Notes under the pieces: model-generated
What the model was told of the DNA's origin: nothing
What the model saw: the letters and a program-made list of their open reading frames with translations, nothing else
Databases searched by the model: none
Translations under genes and position numbers: made by a program
In this document: piece after piece, positions 29,627 through 42,743 of the stretch
How the letters are laid out: each line of letters starts with the position of its first letter
Position numbering within the stretch: the first letter of the stretch is position 1
NCBI GenBank assembly: GCA_963797555.1
Contig: CAWCPV010000004.1
Span: forward strand, 448,001 to 512,000
Source of the DNA: an uncultured Gammaproteobacteria bacterium
GTDB taxonomy: Bacteria > Pseudomonadota > Gammaproteobacteria > CAWCPV01
Length of the DNA: 64,000 nucleotides
Direction of reading: 5' to 3'

Positions 29627-29661
29627 CCTTCCCCCTTGCAGGGGGAAGGCGGGGATGGGGG
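29627..29661. repeat. CCTTCCCCC-N5-GGGGGAAGG-type palindrome in frame inside hsdM
   Basis: 9-bp stem hairpin followed by GGGATGGGGG; translates as [11 protein letters not shown]. Confidence 0.65.
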
Positions 29662-29904
29662 TAGAACGCATGAATACCGCGACATCCCCGGCTTCTGCAA
29701 GAGCGCGATGCTGGAGGAGATCCGCAAGCACGGTCACGTGCTCACGCCCGGCCGCTACGTGGGCGCCGAAGCGCAGGAGGACGACGGCGAGCCCTTCGAG
29801 GCAAAGATGAAGCGGCTCACCGCAACGCTTGAGGAACAGTTTGTCGAGAGCGCGCGATTGGAGGGAGAGATTCGGGAGAATCTGCGAAGGTTGGGGTTTT
29901 GCCC

Positions 29905-30265
29905 GTGACACGGTTGCCTCACGCCGAGCGGGCCGTTCTAGAGGAGTCCAAGATAGTTGGCTACCTGCTGGCCACAGGCCATCCGATCGGGAGAGGCAAG
30001 GCCGCCTTTTTCCTTCGATTCGGCTTCCGGCCGGAAGCTTGGCAACATCTCCAGATCGCACTCATCGGCCGCGCGCGCGATAACCTGCGCTAACCCCATT
30101 GCCGAAACTGAGGAGACGGCCTTTGGCACAAAATATCTCATTGATGGTCCGCTCTTGGCGGCCGACGGACGCAGCCGGCTGGTCCGTGCTGTCTGGTTTG
30201 TCGAGGCGGGCGAAGAGCAGCCGCGGTTCGTCACCGCCTATCCCTTGAAAGGAGGGGCTCCATGA
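29905..30265 (+). pseudogene. DUF6883-like putative toxin, frameshifted
   Basis: KIVGYLL..HPIGRGKAAFF then FGTKYLIDG...PRFVTAYP in another frame; imperfect 10-nt duplication at ~30077-30096. Confidence 0.65.
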
Positions 30266-30486
30266 TCCAGGAATTGGACATTGTGGTATTGAGCAGGAAT
30301 CTGCCTGAACACGGGCTGGAGGCCGGGGACATTGGCACGGTCGTTCTTGTGCACCGTGAGGGCACCGGTTTCGAGGTGGAATTTGCGACCCTGACGGGTG
30401 AGACGGTCGCGGTGCTCACCGTGTCCGCCGATGCCATCCGACCTGTCGGCCAGCGCGAGATTGCCCGCGTGCGGGCAGTGGCGTAG
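30262..30486 (+). CDS. DUF4926 protein (putative antitoxin partner)
   Basis: [22 protein letters not shown]...FEVEF; ATGA overlap. Confidence 0.8.
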   Translation: MIQELDIVVLSRNLPEHGLEAGDIGTVVLVHREGTGFEVEFATLTGETVAVLTVSADAIRPVGQREIARVRAVA

Positions 30487-30554
30487 GGGATCCGGGAAGC
30501 ACGAGCCCATTTTCTTGCGGCGAAGGCCCGGGTAACGAGGCAATCGAGGGGAGC

Positions 30555-30656
30555 ATGAGGCGTCTCAGCACGATGCTGCGCGAGCAGCAGGCGAAATCCG
30601 CGAAGCTCGACGCCGCGATCGCCCACAACCTGAAGGAGTTGGGGTATGGGGATTGA
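30555..30656 (+). pseudogene. Second, orphan HsdM C-terminal tail
   Basis: [33 protein letters not shown] parallels the hsdM end [31 protein letters not shown]. Confidence 0.7.
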
Positions 30657-30936
30657 CGAGATGCTTCGAGCCAAGCGGAACGAGATCCTGCGCATTGCCG
30701 CCACTCACGGCGCGCACAACGTCCGGGTTTTCGGCTCCGTGGCGCGGGGCGAAGCGGACGAGCGAAGCGACATCGATTTTCTCGTGGATCTGGAGCGCGG
30801 ACGCAGCTTGTTCGACCTGGGCGGCTTGCAGGTTGACCTCGAGGCCATCCTGTCCCGGCCGGTGGATGTCGTCACCGAGCGTGGGCTGAAGGCGCGGATG
30901 CGTGCGCACGTGCTCGGCGAGGCGGTGCCGCTATGA
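30646..30936 (+). CDS. Minimal nucleotidyltransferase (MNT antitoxin)
   Basis: VFGSVARGE...SDIDFLV...VDVV. Confidence 0.9.
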   Translation: MGIDEMLRAKRNEILRIAATHGAHNVRVFGSVARGEADERSDIDFLVDLERGRSLFDLGGLQVDLEAILSRPVDVVTERGLKARMRAHVLGEAVPL

Positions 30937-31172
30937 GAGATCCCACAGAACGCCTGCGGGACACCCTCGAAGCCATCGCCAATATCGAGGGCTACCTCCC
31001 TCGGGGACGGGAAGCCTTCGATCGCGACGAGCTTCTCCAGACATGGTTTCTTCGTCAATTGCAGATCATCGGAGAAGCCGCTCGCGGCGTGCCCGACGAC
31101 GTTCGCGTCCGTGCGCCTGACGTCCCTTGGTCGAACATCGTTGGCATGCGCAACATCCTGGTCCATGGGTAT
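30933..31172 (+). pseudogene. HEPN/DUF86 toxin, truncated after RNILVHGY
   Basis: IIGEAA...VPWSNIVGMRNILVHGY (R-X4-H), then abrupt switch to HsdS-like sequence. Confidence 0.8.
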
Positions 31173-31378
31173 CACCTCTCCGACGCGAAGCTAACAGTTC
31201 CGCCGACAACGCTGCTCTTGGCTATGGATGCTGTTCTACAGCCGATTGTCGAGAGTCTGTGGAGGCGTGATGTGCTGTCCCGCACGCTCGCCGCCCTGGC
31301 GATGCACTGCTGCCCAAGCTCATCTCGGGCGAGCTGCGGGTGAAGGAGGCGGAGAAGTTCGTGGGGGCGGTGGCATGA
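31173..31378 (+). pseudogene. HsdS C-terminal remnant 1
   Basis: SRTLAAL / [20 protein letters not shown], the typical HsdS C-terminus. Confidence 0.75.
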
Positions 31379-31626
31379 AAGCAGTCATTCATCCACATGC
31401 CGCTGCGAGAATAGCAGAGCGCGGCGCTACCGAAGAGGAAGTGCTCAAAACGATTGAGGGAGGCGAACAGTTCCCCGCCAAATTCGGGCGAACAGGTTTT
31501 CGCCGCAACTTCCCATTCACCGGTCTGTGGCGTGGAAACGCATACGCCACCAAGCAGATTGAAGCGTATGCCGTACAAGAGGACGCCGATTGGGCAGTCA
31601 TCACCGTTATCGTCAAATATTTCTAG
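31375..31626 (+). CDS. DUF4258-like putative toxin
   Basis: HPHAAARIAERG...VITVIVKYF, upstream of a DUF2283-like gene. Confidence 0.65.
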   Translation: MKAVIHPHAAARIAERGATEEEVLKTIEGGEQFPAKFGRTGFRRNFPFTGLWRGNAYATKQIEAYAVQEDADWAVITVIVKYF

Positions 31627-31637
31627 GAGGACCGACC

Positions 31638-31887
31638 ATGCGTATTGAATACGACCAGAAATACAATGTCGCCTATATCCGCTTTCTCGGAGGGCCAGCA
31701 AAAGACTTGCAGACCTTGCATGTCAGCGAGGAGCTGAATATCGACATGACGCCCGATGGCCATATCTACGGAATTGAGCTCTCTGAACGCCAACGAGCAG
31801 CTTTTCCGGCAAGATGCGGGGAAGCTGGTTGTTGAAAACCGGCAGTCGGGCAGGTTGGAAACCGTCCGGCTGGTCGAAGAAGCGTGA
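31638..31887 (+). CDS. DUF2283-like putative antitoxin (frameshift ~31783)
   Basis: MRIEYDQKYNVAYIRF...NIDMTPDGHIYGIEL then NANEQL in shifted frame; AGGAGG RBS. Confidence 0.7.
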
Positions 31888-31906
31888 AAGTCGCGCTTCA
31901 TTCCCC

Positions 31907-31990
31907 CGCGACACCCTGTTCCCAAAGCTCATCTCTGGCGAACTGCGGGCGAAGGACGCGGGGCGGTTTCTGAAGGAGCGCGGGCTGTGA
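31907..31990 (+). pseudogene. HsdS C-terminal remnant 2
   Basis: [27 protein letters not shown]. Confidence 0.75.
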
Positions 31991-32559
31991 ATTACGACCC
32001 GGTCAGACACCGCCGCCGATCCATCCGTCTGAAGGGCTACGATTATTCGCACGCCGGGGTGTATTTCGTGACCGTCTGCACCCAGGATCGGGCGTGCCTG
32101 TTCGGCGAGGCTGTGGACCGCGAAATGCGGTTGAATGCCATGGGCCAGATCGTGGCTGATGAATGGTTGCGGTCGACGCGGATTCGGCAGGAAATCGAAT
32201 TGGATGCGTTTGTGGTCATGCCTAATCACATGCACGGCATTGTCGCGATCACCGACCCGGACGTAGTAGGGGCGACCGGCCGGTCGCCCCTACGGTTTGC
32301 GGAATCGCCCCAGCCGCGCGGTCCGGGGCGGCATTCGCTGGGCGCTCTGGTCGGCGGATTCAAATCCGCGGTTACCGTCCGGATCAATGTCCTGCGCGGC
32401 ACACCGAGTGCGCCGGTCTGGCAACGCAACTACTACGAACACATCATCCGCGACGAGGCATCCTTGCATCCCATTCGGCAGTACATCGTCGATAACCCGC
32501 TGCGTTGGGCCGTTGACCGGGAGAATCCAGCCGCCACCACCCCTGAAACCGGAGGATGC
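31987..32559 (+). CDS. REP-associated tyrosine transposase (RAYT, Y1 HUH), in frame with hsdR
   Basis: [26 protein letters not shown] (HUH), [17 protein letters not shown]. Confidence 0.88.
32266..32293. repeat. Perfect 28-bp GTAG-type REP palindrome inside the RAYT gene
   Basis: GTAGGGGCGACCGG-CCGGTCGCCCCTAC. Confidence 0.9.
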
Positions 32560-35691
<3,132 letters not shown>

Positions 35692-35958
35692 CGGTGCCCA
35701 CGTTCAGGAAGGCGGGCGACGCCGGCCAAGGCCGCCGAGGCAATGGGAGCACTCGGTCGGCGCCCCCCCACAGGAACCTCACTGCGGACAGGTCGTATCG
35801 TCGCAGTAGATGACGTTCTGCCAACAGAAAATCTGCGGCGAACGGGGATCGATGGTGAGCCGCAGCCATTCCCTGGGGTTGTTGGTCGAGCCCTGAGACA
35901 GGCCGCCCCGACCTCCGCCGCCTCTGCCAGCGTGGGGCAGGCCGGGCGGAAAATCACC

Positions 35959-37044
35959 TCAATGGCGGCCCGCCGTCGCTGCAGCAGGGGGTGGAGCGAA
36001 AGCGGCAGGTGCGAGCACTGGCGCAGAGCTGAAGTCGGCCGGCAGCTCGCCGGTCAGGCTCGCGAGGAAGGTGACGATGGCGCGCACCTCCTCGTCGCTC
36101 AGGGTCCTGCCGAGCTGAAGCTTCGCCATGATGCGAACCGCTTGCGGCAGAGCGGCGACGGAGCCGTCGTGGAAATAGGGCGGGGTCATGGCCACGTTGC
36201 GCAGGCTCGGGACCTTGAAGACGTAGCGGTCGCCCTCGGCTTGGGTGACTTTGTAGCGGCCCAAGTCGACCTCCCGGCTCCCCGTCTCCTTCCAGTAATC
36301 GCCGGTCAGTCCGAACTTCTGGAAGCTCCCGCCCCCGACCCCGACCCCGTTGTGACAACGGCTGCAGCGGAGATTCAGGAACGTCTCCAGGCCCTTCTGC
36401 GCCTCGGGGCTCAACGCCCCGGTGTCGCCTTGGAGGTAGTGGTCGAAGGGGCTGGGCGTCACGAGGGTGCGCTCGTAAGCGCCGATGGCCGCGCCCCAAT
36501 TCTCCGGCCGGACGGCCTCCGGCTCACCGGGAAAGGCGGCACGGAATGCCCCTTCATAGCCGAGGGACTTCAGCTTGGTCACGACGCTCGGGTAATCCGG
36601 ATTTCCGAAGCTGGCTGGACCGATGAGCGACTTCTGGGCTTGGTCTTCCACGTCCGCCCGGTCGCCGACCCAGTGTTCGCGGAACTGCAGGGCTGCGTTC
36701 AACACCGTGGGGGCGTTGCGGGGATTGAGCTTGTCGGCCACCCCGAGGCTTCTCGGCAACGCGTCGGTTGCGCAGAGCGCGGGCTGATGGCAACGCGCGC
36801 AGCTTACCGTGCCGTCGGCGGAAAGGCGCGGATCGAAGAACAAAGCCCGCCCGAGCTTGACCCGAGCCGGGGTAATGGGGTGGCCGGGGGTGGCCATGTC
36901 CTTCGGAAGCGGCTTGAACACCTGATGAGCGCGCTGCAAGAGCGCGTCTTCGGCAAGCGCATCGCGGGCCTCCGCGCTGAGCGCCCCGATCGCGGCCGCC
37001 ATCAAGGCCAGACCGAGCCATGTACCTTTGCCAAGGTCGTGCAT
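35959..37044 (-). CDS. Diheme cytochrome c peroxidase (CCP/MauG family)
   Basis: Signal peptide, LFFDPRLS, CARCH, RNAPTVLN, CSRCH, FKVPSLRNV, PYFHDGS. Confidence 0.92.
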   Translation of the reverse strand: MHDLGKGTWLGLALMAAAIGALSAEARDALAEDALLQRAHQVFKPLPKDMATPGHPITPARVKLGRALFFDPRLSADGTVSCARCHQPALCATDALPRSLGVADKLNPRNAPTVLNAALQFREHWVGDRADVEDQAQKSLIGPASFGNPDYPSVVTKLKSLGYEGAFRAAFPGEPEAVRPENWGAAIGAYERTLVTPSPFDHYLQGDTGALSPEAQKGLETFLNLRCSRCHNGVGVGGGSFQKFGLTGDYWKETGSREVDLGRYKVTQAEGDRYVFKVPSLRNVAMTPPYFHDGSVAALPQAVRIMAKLQLGRTLSDEEVRAIVTFLASLTGELPADFSSAPVLAPAAFAPPPAAATAGRH

Positions 37045-37649
37045 CGCTTCTCCTCCGATCATCTTCATAAAGGACAGGCCAACGGGCCGCTGAAAGCTCG
37101 AGACTATCGCAGGCTCTCTCGCGATTTCGGTTCCAGTGCGCAGACGCGCATCGGCAGCAGGACACGTTTCCGAATGCCGTTCGGAGCGCGACACAGAGCG
37201 TGTCCAGGCGACCCGGGCGAGGTTCGAGAGCGCAGCGTGCAGCGCTCGGTCCGAGGATGATAGCAGTCATTGCTGACCGTGGGGTCACGGTCTGCAAGGC
37301 CGAAAACCGGGAGCTTGCGCAAGCCTCGCGGGGTTAGAGATCTCCAGGACATCAGGCCAGACCCTGGCACGCTTCATGCTCATATCCTTTCAGAGGGCGG
37401 AGGAGTCATCGGCCCTGGGAGACGCCCACCGGCGAGTCGACATGAACACCCACGTCTGCGACATGCTTAGTGCTCTTCGCCGCAGCCAAGTCCGGTGGCG
37501 GGGAAGGGGCCGTCGCGACGAGCGCGGCAGCAGCAGTCAAGAGGCACGCGCCTATGGTTTCCGCCCTGCCTTCCAGGATTATGGTACGGGCCGGTCTCGG
37601 GTCGGAGGCACCTCGGCGTCGGCGGTATTCGCGCCTGAAGCTTGTGAAT

Positions 37650-37741
37650 GAATCTGCTGCGCGTCCCGGCAGCGGCGTTGCGCGGTGGTTGGCGTACCTC
37701 CCTGTACGCCACCCCGTCGGGGCGTCCTGCGGACGTGCCGA
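37650..37741 (-). repeat. Single inverted copy of the 8355-8605 repeat family
   Basis: Reverse complement reads CGGCACGTCCGC..GACGCCCCGACGGGGTGGCGTACAGGGAGGTACGCCA-ACCACCGCGC...GACGCGCAGCAGATT. Confidence 0.85.
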
Positions 37742-37910
37742 CTATGAGACGTACCAAGCTCGACAGTGTATGGAAGCGATTATGGGTCCCGCGAGCCGAG
37801 CGTGGCCCGCCACGTATCCTGCTCGTCAGACCCCGCTGTCGCTCAGCAGCGACGTGAGTGGGGCGCAACGGAACGCCGTGAAGCCGCCGCACTCGAGGGT
37901 CAGGCGAAAC

Positions 37911-38915
37911 TCACTCGGGGTTTCCGGTGCCGTTGATGATCAGCACCTCGGCTCCCTGGACTCTCCCCTCCCGGAGGCGCGACAGAGCCTCGTTGGCCGC
38001 GGCCAGGGGTGAGATCTGGACCTCGGTGCGCACCGGCACCTGGGGAGCAAGAGCCAGAAACTCCTCCCCATCGCGCCGCGTGAGGTTCGCCACCGATCGC
38101 ACAGTGCGCTCACCCCAGAGGATATCGTAGGGGAAGGCGGGGATTTCGCTCATGTGGATGCCGGCGCACACCACGGTCCCGCCTTTGGCCACCGAGCGCA
38201 GGGCCGCGGGTACCAGCGATCCGATGGGCGCGAAGATGATGGCGGCGTCGAGCTCCTCCGGCGGTCGCGAGGTCGAGTCGCCGGCCCAGACCGCGCCGAG
38301 CCCGAGCGCGAACTTCTGGCCCTCATGGTCCCCGGGACGGGTCAACGCGAAGACCCGTCGGCCCTGGTAGTTGGCCACCTGGGCGATGATATGGGCCGCG
38401 GCGCCGAACCCGTAGATGCCGAGACGCTCTGCGTCGCCCGCCAGGGCGAGGGAGCGATAGCCGATCAACCCGGCACACAGCAGCGGGGCCGCCTGGGCAT
38501 CGCTGTATGCCTCTGGGAGGGAGAAGCAGAAATGCTCGTCGGCCACGGCATACTCCGCATAGCCTCCATCCAGGCTATAGCCGGTGAAGCGTGCCTGGTC
38601 ACACAGGTTCTCCCGACCGCTCCGGCAATAGCGGCAGACGCCGCAGGTGTGTCCCACCCACGGGACGCCCACGCGCTGGCCCACAGCGAGGCGTTCCACC
38701 CGTTCTCCCGCCTCGATGACCGTGCCCACTATCTCATGGCCCGGGATCAGCGGCAGCTTGGGCCGTGTCAGCTCTCCGTCCACCACGTGCAAGTCCGTGC
38801 GGCAGACGCCGCAGGCGTGGACCTGCAGGAGTATCTGCTGCGCGCCCGGCGTCGGGCGCGGCACTTCGCGCTGCACGAGGGCGCTGCCAGGCGCATCGAG
38901 CATCATTGCACGCAT
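37911..38915 (-). CDS. Zinc-dependent alcohol dehydrogenase
   Basis: CGVCRTDLH, GHE, CxxCxxC...C, LGIYGFGAAA. Confidence 0.92.
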   Translation of the reverse strand: MRAMMLDAPGSALVQREVPRPTPGAQQILLQVHACGVCRTDLHVVDGELTRPKLPLIPGHEIVGTVIEAGERVERLAVGQRVGVPWVGHTCGVCRYCRSGRENLCDQARFTGYSLDGGYAEYAVADEHFCFSLPEAYSDAQAAPLLCAGLIGYRSLALAGDAERLGIYGFGAAAHIIAQVANYQGRRVFALTRPGDHEGQKFALGLGAVWAGDSTSRPPEELDAAIIFAPIGSLVPAALRSVAKGGTVVCAGIHMSEIPAFPYDILWGERTVRSVANLTRRDGEEFLALAPQVPVRTEVQISPLAAANEALSRLREGRVQGAEVLIINGTGNPE

Positions 38916-39085
38916 GAAATGACCTCCCGTCGAATCGGGCTCAGGTGACACTCCATCTGTCCATGACTATGACCACAAATCTTGCCGGTCGGGTAGATCC
39001 TGTGGGAAGGATTTCGCAACCCGTCAGGCCACGCCCGTCTCCGCGTGCCGGCGACGGCGCTGGTCGAGCCGCGGCGGGTGCTCCG

Positions 39086-39754
39086 TCACGCGATTCCCTG
39101 GCGTGCGAGGACACGACGACCCAGCACCCGCTCCAGCGCAGAAAGGCAGGACGCGCGGTCTACGAAGATCACGGCCCTCAGTCCCTGCGATCTGGCCCGC
39201 TCCACGTTGCCCTGGTCATTGTCCACTAGCAACACCGCCTGAGGCGGGATGCCGAGGGCGTGAACAACGTCGCCGAAGAGCGACGCATCCCGTTTAGTCT
39301 TGCCCAGCCGGTAGCTGATGAACACCCGGTCAAATCTCCCGTAGAAGGTGTCCCGTGTCTCCAGACGGTCGAGCCAGTCGCCGTGGTCGCTCAGGATCGC
39401 GGTCAGGTAACCTTCTCTCTTCAAGGCATCCACTATCTCGAGCATCTCCGGTCGCAAGACGTAGCGGCCGAGAATCTCATCCGTCAGGGCTCGATCGGAT
39501 CCGCGTATCTTCCAGGATTCCCGCACCTGCCTCCAGAACCCCGCCTCGTCCTCGTGCCCGGTGAAGTATCCCCGTTGGTACGCGGTATCCCTTGCCGCGC
39601 AATAGAAGCTCTCGGGATCGATCTGGTTGCGCTGGGCGATGGCGTAGAGTCCGTGACGGAAACCCTCCTCAGCCAACACTCCTCCATAATCGAACAGCAC
39701 CGCTCGGACGCGAGTCGTCTGGCTGCCGCCATCCCCGTACATCTCGCTATTCAC
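39086..39754 (-). CDS. HAD-family phosphatase
   Basis: LFDYGGVL motif I, ILSD, K, VDNDQGNV. Confidence 0.82.
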   Translation of the reverse strand: MNSEMYGDGGSQTTRVRAVLFDYGGVLAEEGFRHGLYAIAQRNQIDPESFYCAARDTAYQRGYFTGHEDEAGFWRQVRESWKIRGSDRALTDEILGRYVLRPEMLEIVDALKREGYLTAILSDHGDWLDRLETRDTFYGRFDRVFISYRLGKTKRDASLFGDVVHALGIPPQAVLLVDNDQGNVERARSQGLRAVIFVDRASCLSALERVLGRRVLARQGIA

Positions 39755-39893
39755 GCACGCGGCCCGCCCGACGGCTGGCAGATGCTGTCAGGCATCTGTA
39801 ACGAGCTCCAGGGCAGTCGTTCTTCGATGCGAAACGGAGCCAAATACGGCGTTCCCCCATCTGGATCTCTGCGGCTGCCGAGGAACGACCGGC

Positions 39894-40802
39894 TCACGCG
39901 CCGCGCGCGCTACCCAGGCGCTCCAACTCGTCCAGAGTCCGCGGCCAATCCTTTTTGAGCAGCCGGGATAGCGCGCGGTCCGCCAGCAGCCGGCCACCGG
40001 TCTGGCATCGCGGGCAGTAGTTGGTTTCGTTCGTCGCGTAGCGGATGCGCTGCACCGGCGCTCCGCAGGCCGGGCAAGCCTGACCGAAGCGCCCGTGCAC
40101 CTTCATGCCCTCGCGGAAGGCCGTCACCTTTTCCGGGAAGCGCTCGCCCGCCTGCGTGCGCAACCTCGCGACCCATTCGGTCAGGGTGTCTCGCGCCGCC
40201 CGGTGCAAGCGCTGGACATCGTCCGGGGCCAGTTTCTGGGTCATGGCGACCGGAGACAGCCGGGCACGGTGCAGGATTTCGTCCGGGTATGCGTTGCGAC
40301 GCCGCTGAAGAGCCGCGGGTCGGTCAGCGCCCTCTTGAGCGTGTGGTTCTCTCGGGTGAGCGCCGCGCGGAACATGTCCGGGTCCGCTTCCAAGATTTCG
40401 AGTCCGCCGGGGTCGTGAGCGCGGAGTGCTGCCTCACCCGGTACCACATGGAGCGACGCCCGCTTCTGGGTGCCGGCCTCGGTCAGCGTGAGCGTGCCGC
40501 TCGTGAACTCGAAGGCCGCCAACCCGTGCCTGCCGGGCAGCTTCGCGCCGAGCGCCCGCCAGTGCAGGCGTCCCGCAATCATCGAGATGGATGACCAGCC
40601 AGAGGTCGCCCTCGAGACCGAGCGCGATGCGCTTGCCGAGGCGCCGCAGCTCCCGGATTTCCCGGCCCTGGGTGCTGGTGACGGGCGGCTGCGCCGTGCG
40701 CAGCACGAAAGGGCTGGTGAGCCGGATGGTCTCCAGGCGTTGACCGAGAATCCGCCGTTCGAGGGCCTCGATGTAGAGGGTGATGTCGGGCAGTTCGGGC
40801 AT
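39894..40802 (-). CDS. Fpg/Nei-family DNA glycosylase (frameshifted)
   Basis: MPELPD, GKR, MIAGRL, H2TH region, C-terminal CPAC...CPRCQ zinc finger. Confidence 0.85.
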
Positions 40803-40901
40803 CGACGAGCGCGCAGATACAGGGCGTGGCGGCGCACACTTGCGGGCTTGGGTCGCAGGCGAGCGGGGCGGACCGCCACTCGGCGATGCAGGCCCTTTCC
40901 C

Positions 40902-42686
40902 CTAGCGGCGTCCGCTGCCGACGAATTCTTGCAGCGCGTGGTTCAGGAGGCTTTCCGACAAGTTCCTCCGCCTGACGAGAACCTCGCCCAGCTTCACTCG
41001 GCGGTCTCGGACCACTGTGTCCAGCTCCGGGATGGTCTCCTCGGTCGCAACCCCGAGCGCTAGCAGCGCCGTCCTGAAGCTGACGCCTTTCTGGCGTTGG
41101 TATCCCAGGCAGCCACGGAAGTCCTCCAGGGTGAGCAGGCCTGCTTCCAGTGCCGCCACCCCGTAGTGCTTGTTGATCTCGGTCTGGATCTTCACGGCCT
41201 CCGATAGCTCGCGCTCCGTGAGCAGTCCGCGCCGCACCAGAAACCGGCCAAACACCACGCTGCGCTCGATCTTGATTTCCTCCGATGCCGATGGCATCGC
41301 CTGAGATCCGACCTCTGCTGCAGTGCGCGGCGCGATGGCGCGTAGCCCCTCGGCCTCGGACCCACGGGAGGATGAAGGGATTGTCGTGTCCTCGACAGGA
41401 ACTGCTTTTGGCATGTGCTGCTCGGAGGGGGCCGCCGGAGCCGCACCGAGGCCCGGCTCCTGGTCAGCCCTGTCGCCGTCTTCAGGGGGAGCGGGTTCCA
41501 CGGGGATCTTGGGAATGGCCTCTTCTGCCGAAGCCACCAATTCCGCGGCGGAGGTGCCGTCCTCGGGAAATGTCGCGATCCCGATATCGAACAGGGGTGC
41601 GCTATCGGCCTCTCTGACGCCGGGCATCTCGGCGCCGTGGAGCGCTTTTCGCAACTGTTCCGCGACCGCCAGGCCGAGCGCCCGCGAGGTGTCATACAGG
41701 ATGACGCCGAAGCGTCCAATCCCCACGGAGCCCAGCCGGTCGGATGGCAGGATCTCGCGACCGACGACTCCGCGTACCACCGCATCGAGGTCACTGGTTT
41801 GGCCGAGGCCTTCCTGGCCGCCGCCAACACTCTCGGAGCTGCTCACCTGCAGCAACAGGACCGAGAGCGGGTGACGCCCCTCATTGCTGGCGAGGTCGGT
41901 CTCCAACTGCTGTACGAATTCTTCCCGACCCAGCATCGGCCGAGTCGTACCCGCCGGCGGCGCGGATCCCTCGCCGGAAGCCCCCGTCGAAATGCCGGCT
42001 GGCTCGGGGCGTGCGCCATGGGCCGAGAACCTCGCTTGCATCCGGTCATCGGCTGTGCTCGCGCCCGGCCGATGCATCAATGCGAGCGCGGCGACGCTTA
42101 CCAACCCACCGACTACCAGCGCGGCGAAGCAGGCGACGGCTGCCGTCAAGCGCACCAGCAGGGCCACTCTGCGCTCTACGGAAAAGGCGGGCCCCGACTG
42201 CTGCAGGCTGTCCAGCAGCGCGACCGCTTTTTGCAAATGCTCTTTCACATCACCGAGCCGTACGCCCGAGTTGAGGTTGCCGTTCAGCGCAATAGGGCGG
42301 GCTGCGCTACTCAGAGTGGCCTTGGCATCGGCCCACTCCCGCCGCGCCGCGTGGACGAGAGCCAGCTCTTGATCCAACCAGGAGTCCGACCCGGCGACGG
42401 CCGCGAAGCCGCTCTCTACGACGGCTGCTCGATCGAGCACCTTCGACAGCGATGCCCGATCGTCTACCAGGTCTGGGGCCGCCGTGCTGACGGCGAGGCT
42501 CAAGAGACGATTTTGCAGATCCAACACCGCCAGACGGTCGGCCAGCTCTCGGTCGCGCAGCTCCCTGGCGTCGCGAACCGCACCCTGGACGGCGAGCCAT
42601 GTGAGCAACGCCAGGGCTGCGAGCGCCAGCAGCGGAAGCCCCAGCAGACCTGCGCGCTTGCTGGGATGGAACGGCAGCCTCGTCAC
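40902..42686 (-). CDS. Membrane protein: two TMs, degenerate GGDEF, C-terminal MshEN-like repeats
   Basis: GGDEF-fold segments with GIGRF at the signature position and IGIATFPEDG; C-terminal FGRFLVRRGLLTERELSEAVKIQ-type repeats. Confidence 0.6.
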   Translation of the reverse strand: MTRLPFHPSKRAGLLGLPLLALAALALLTWLAVQGAVRDARELRDRELADRLAVLDLQNRLLSLAVSTAAPDLVDDRASLSKVLDRAAVVESGFAAVAGSDSWLDQELALVHAARREWADAKATLSSAARPIALNGNLNSGVRLGDVKEHLQKAVALLDSLQQSGPAFSVERRVALLVRLTAAVACFAALVVGGLVSVAALALMHRPGASTADDRMQARFSAHGARPEPAGISTGASGEGSAPPAGTTRPMLGREEFVQQLETDLASNEGRHPLSVLLLQVSSSESVGGGQEGLGQTSDLDAVVRGVVGREILPSDRLGSVGIGRFGVILYDTSRALGLAVAEQLRKALHGAEMPGVREADSAPLFDIGIATFPEDGTSAAELVASAEEAIPKIPVEPAPPEDGDRADQEPGLGAAPAAPSEQHMPKAVPVEDTTIPSSSRGSEAEGLRAIAPRTAAEVGSQAMPSASEEIKIERSVVFGRFLVRRGLLTERELSEAVKIQTEINKHYGVAALEAGLLTLEDFRGCLGYQRQKGVSFRTALLALGVATEETIPELDTVVRDRRVKLGEVLVRRRNLSESLLNHALQEFVGSGRR

Positions 42687-42743
42687 CCTTTCCTCCTCAG
42701 AGCCTGCCGCCGGCTACAAAGCCGTAATGGGCCTCGCGCAACT

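Larger units (their letters stand above)
28368..29908 (+). pseudogene. hsdM: Type I R-M methyltransferase subunit, frameshifted with an internal deletion
   Basis: [46 protein letters not shown]; the usual YGQE...MNLA segment is absent at ~29105. Confidence 0.88.
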
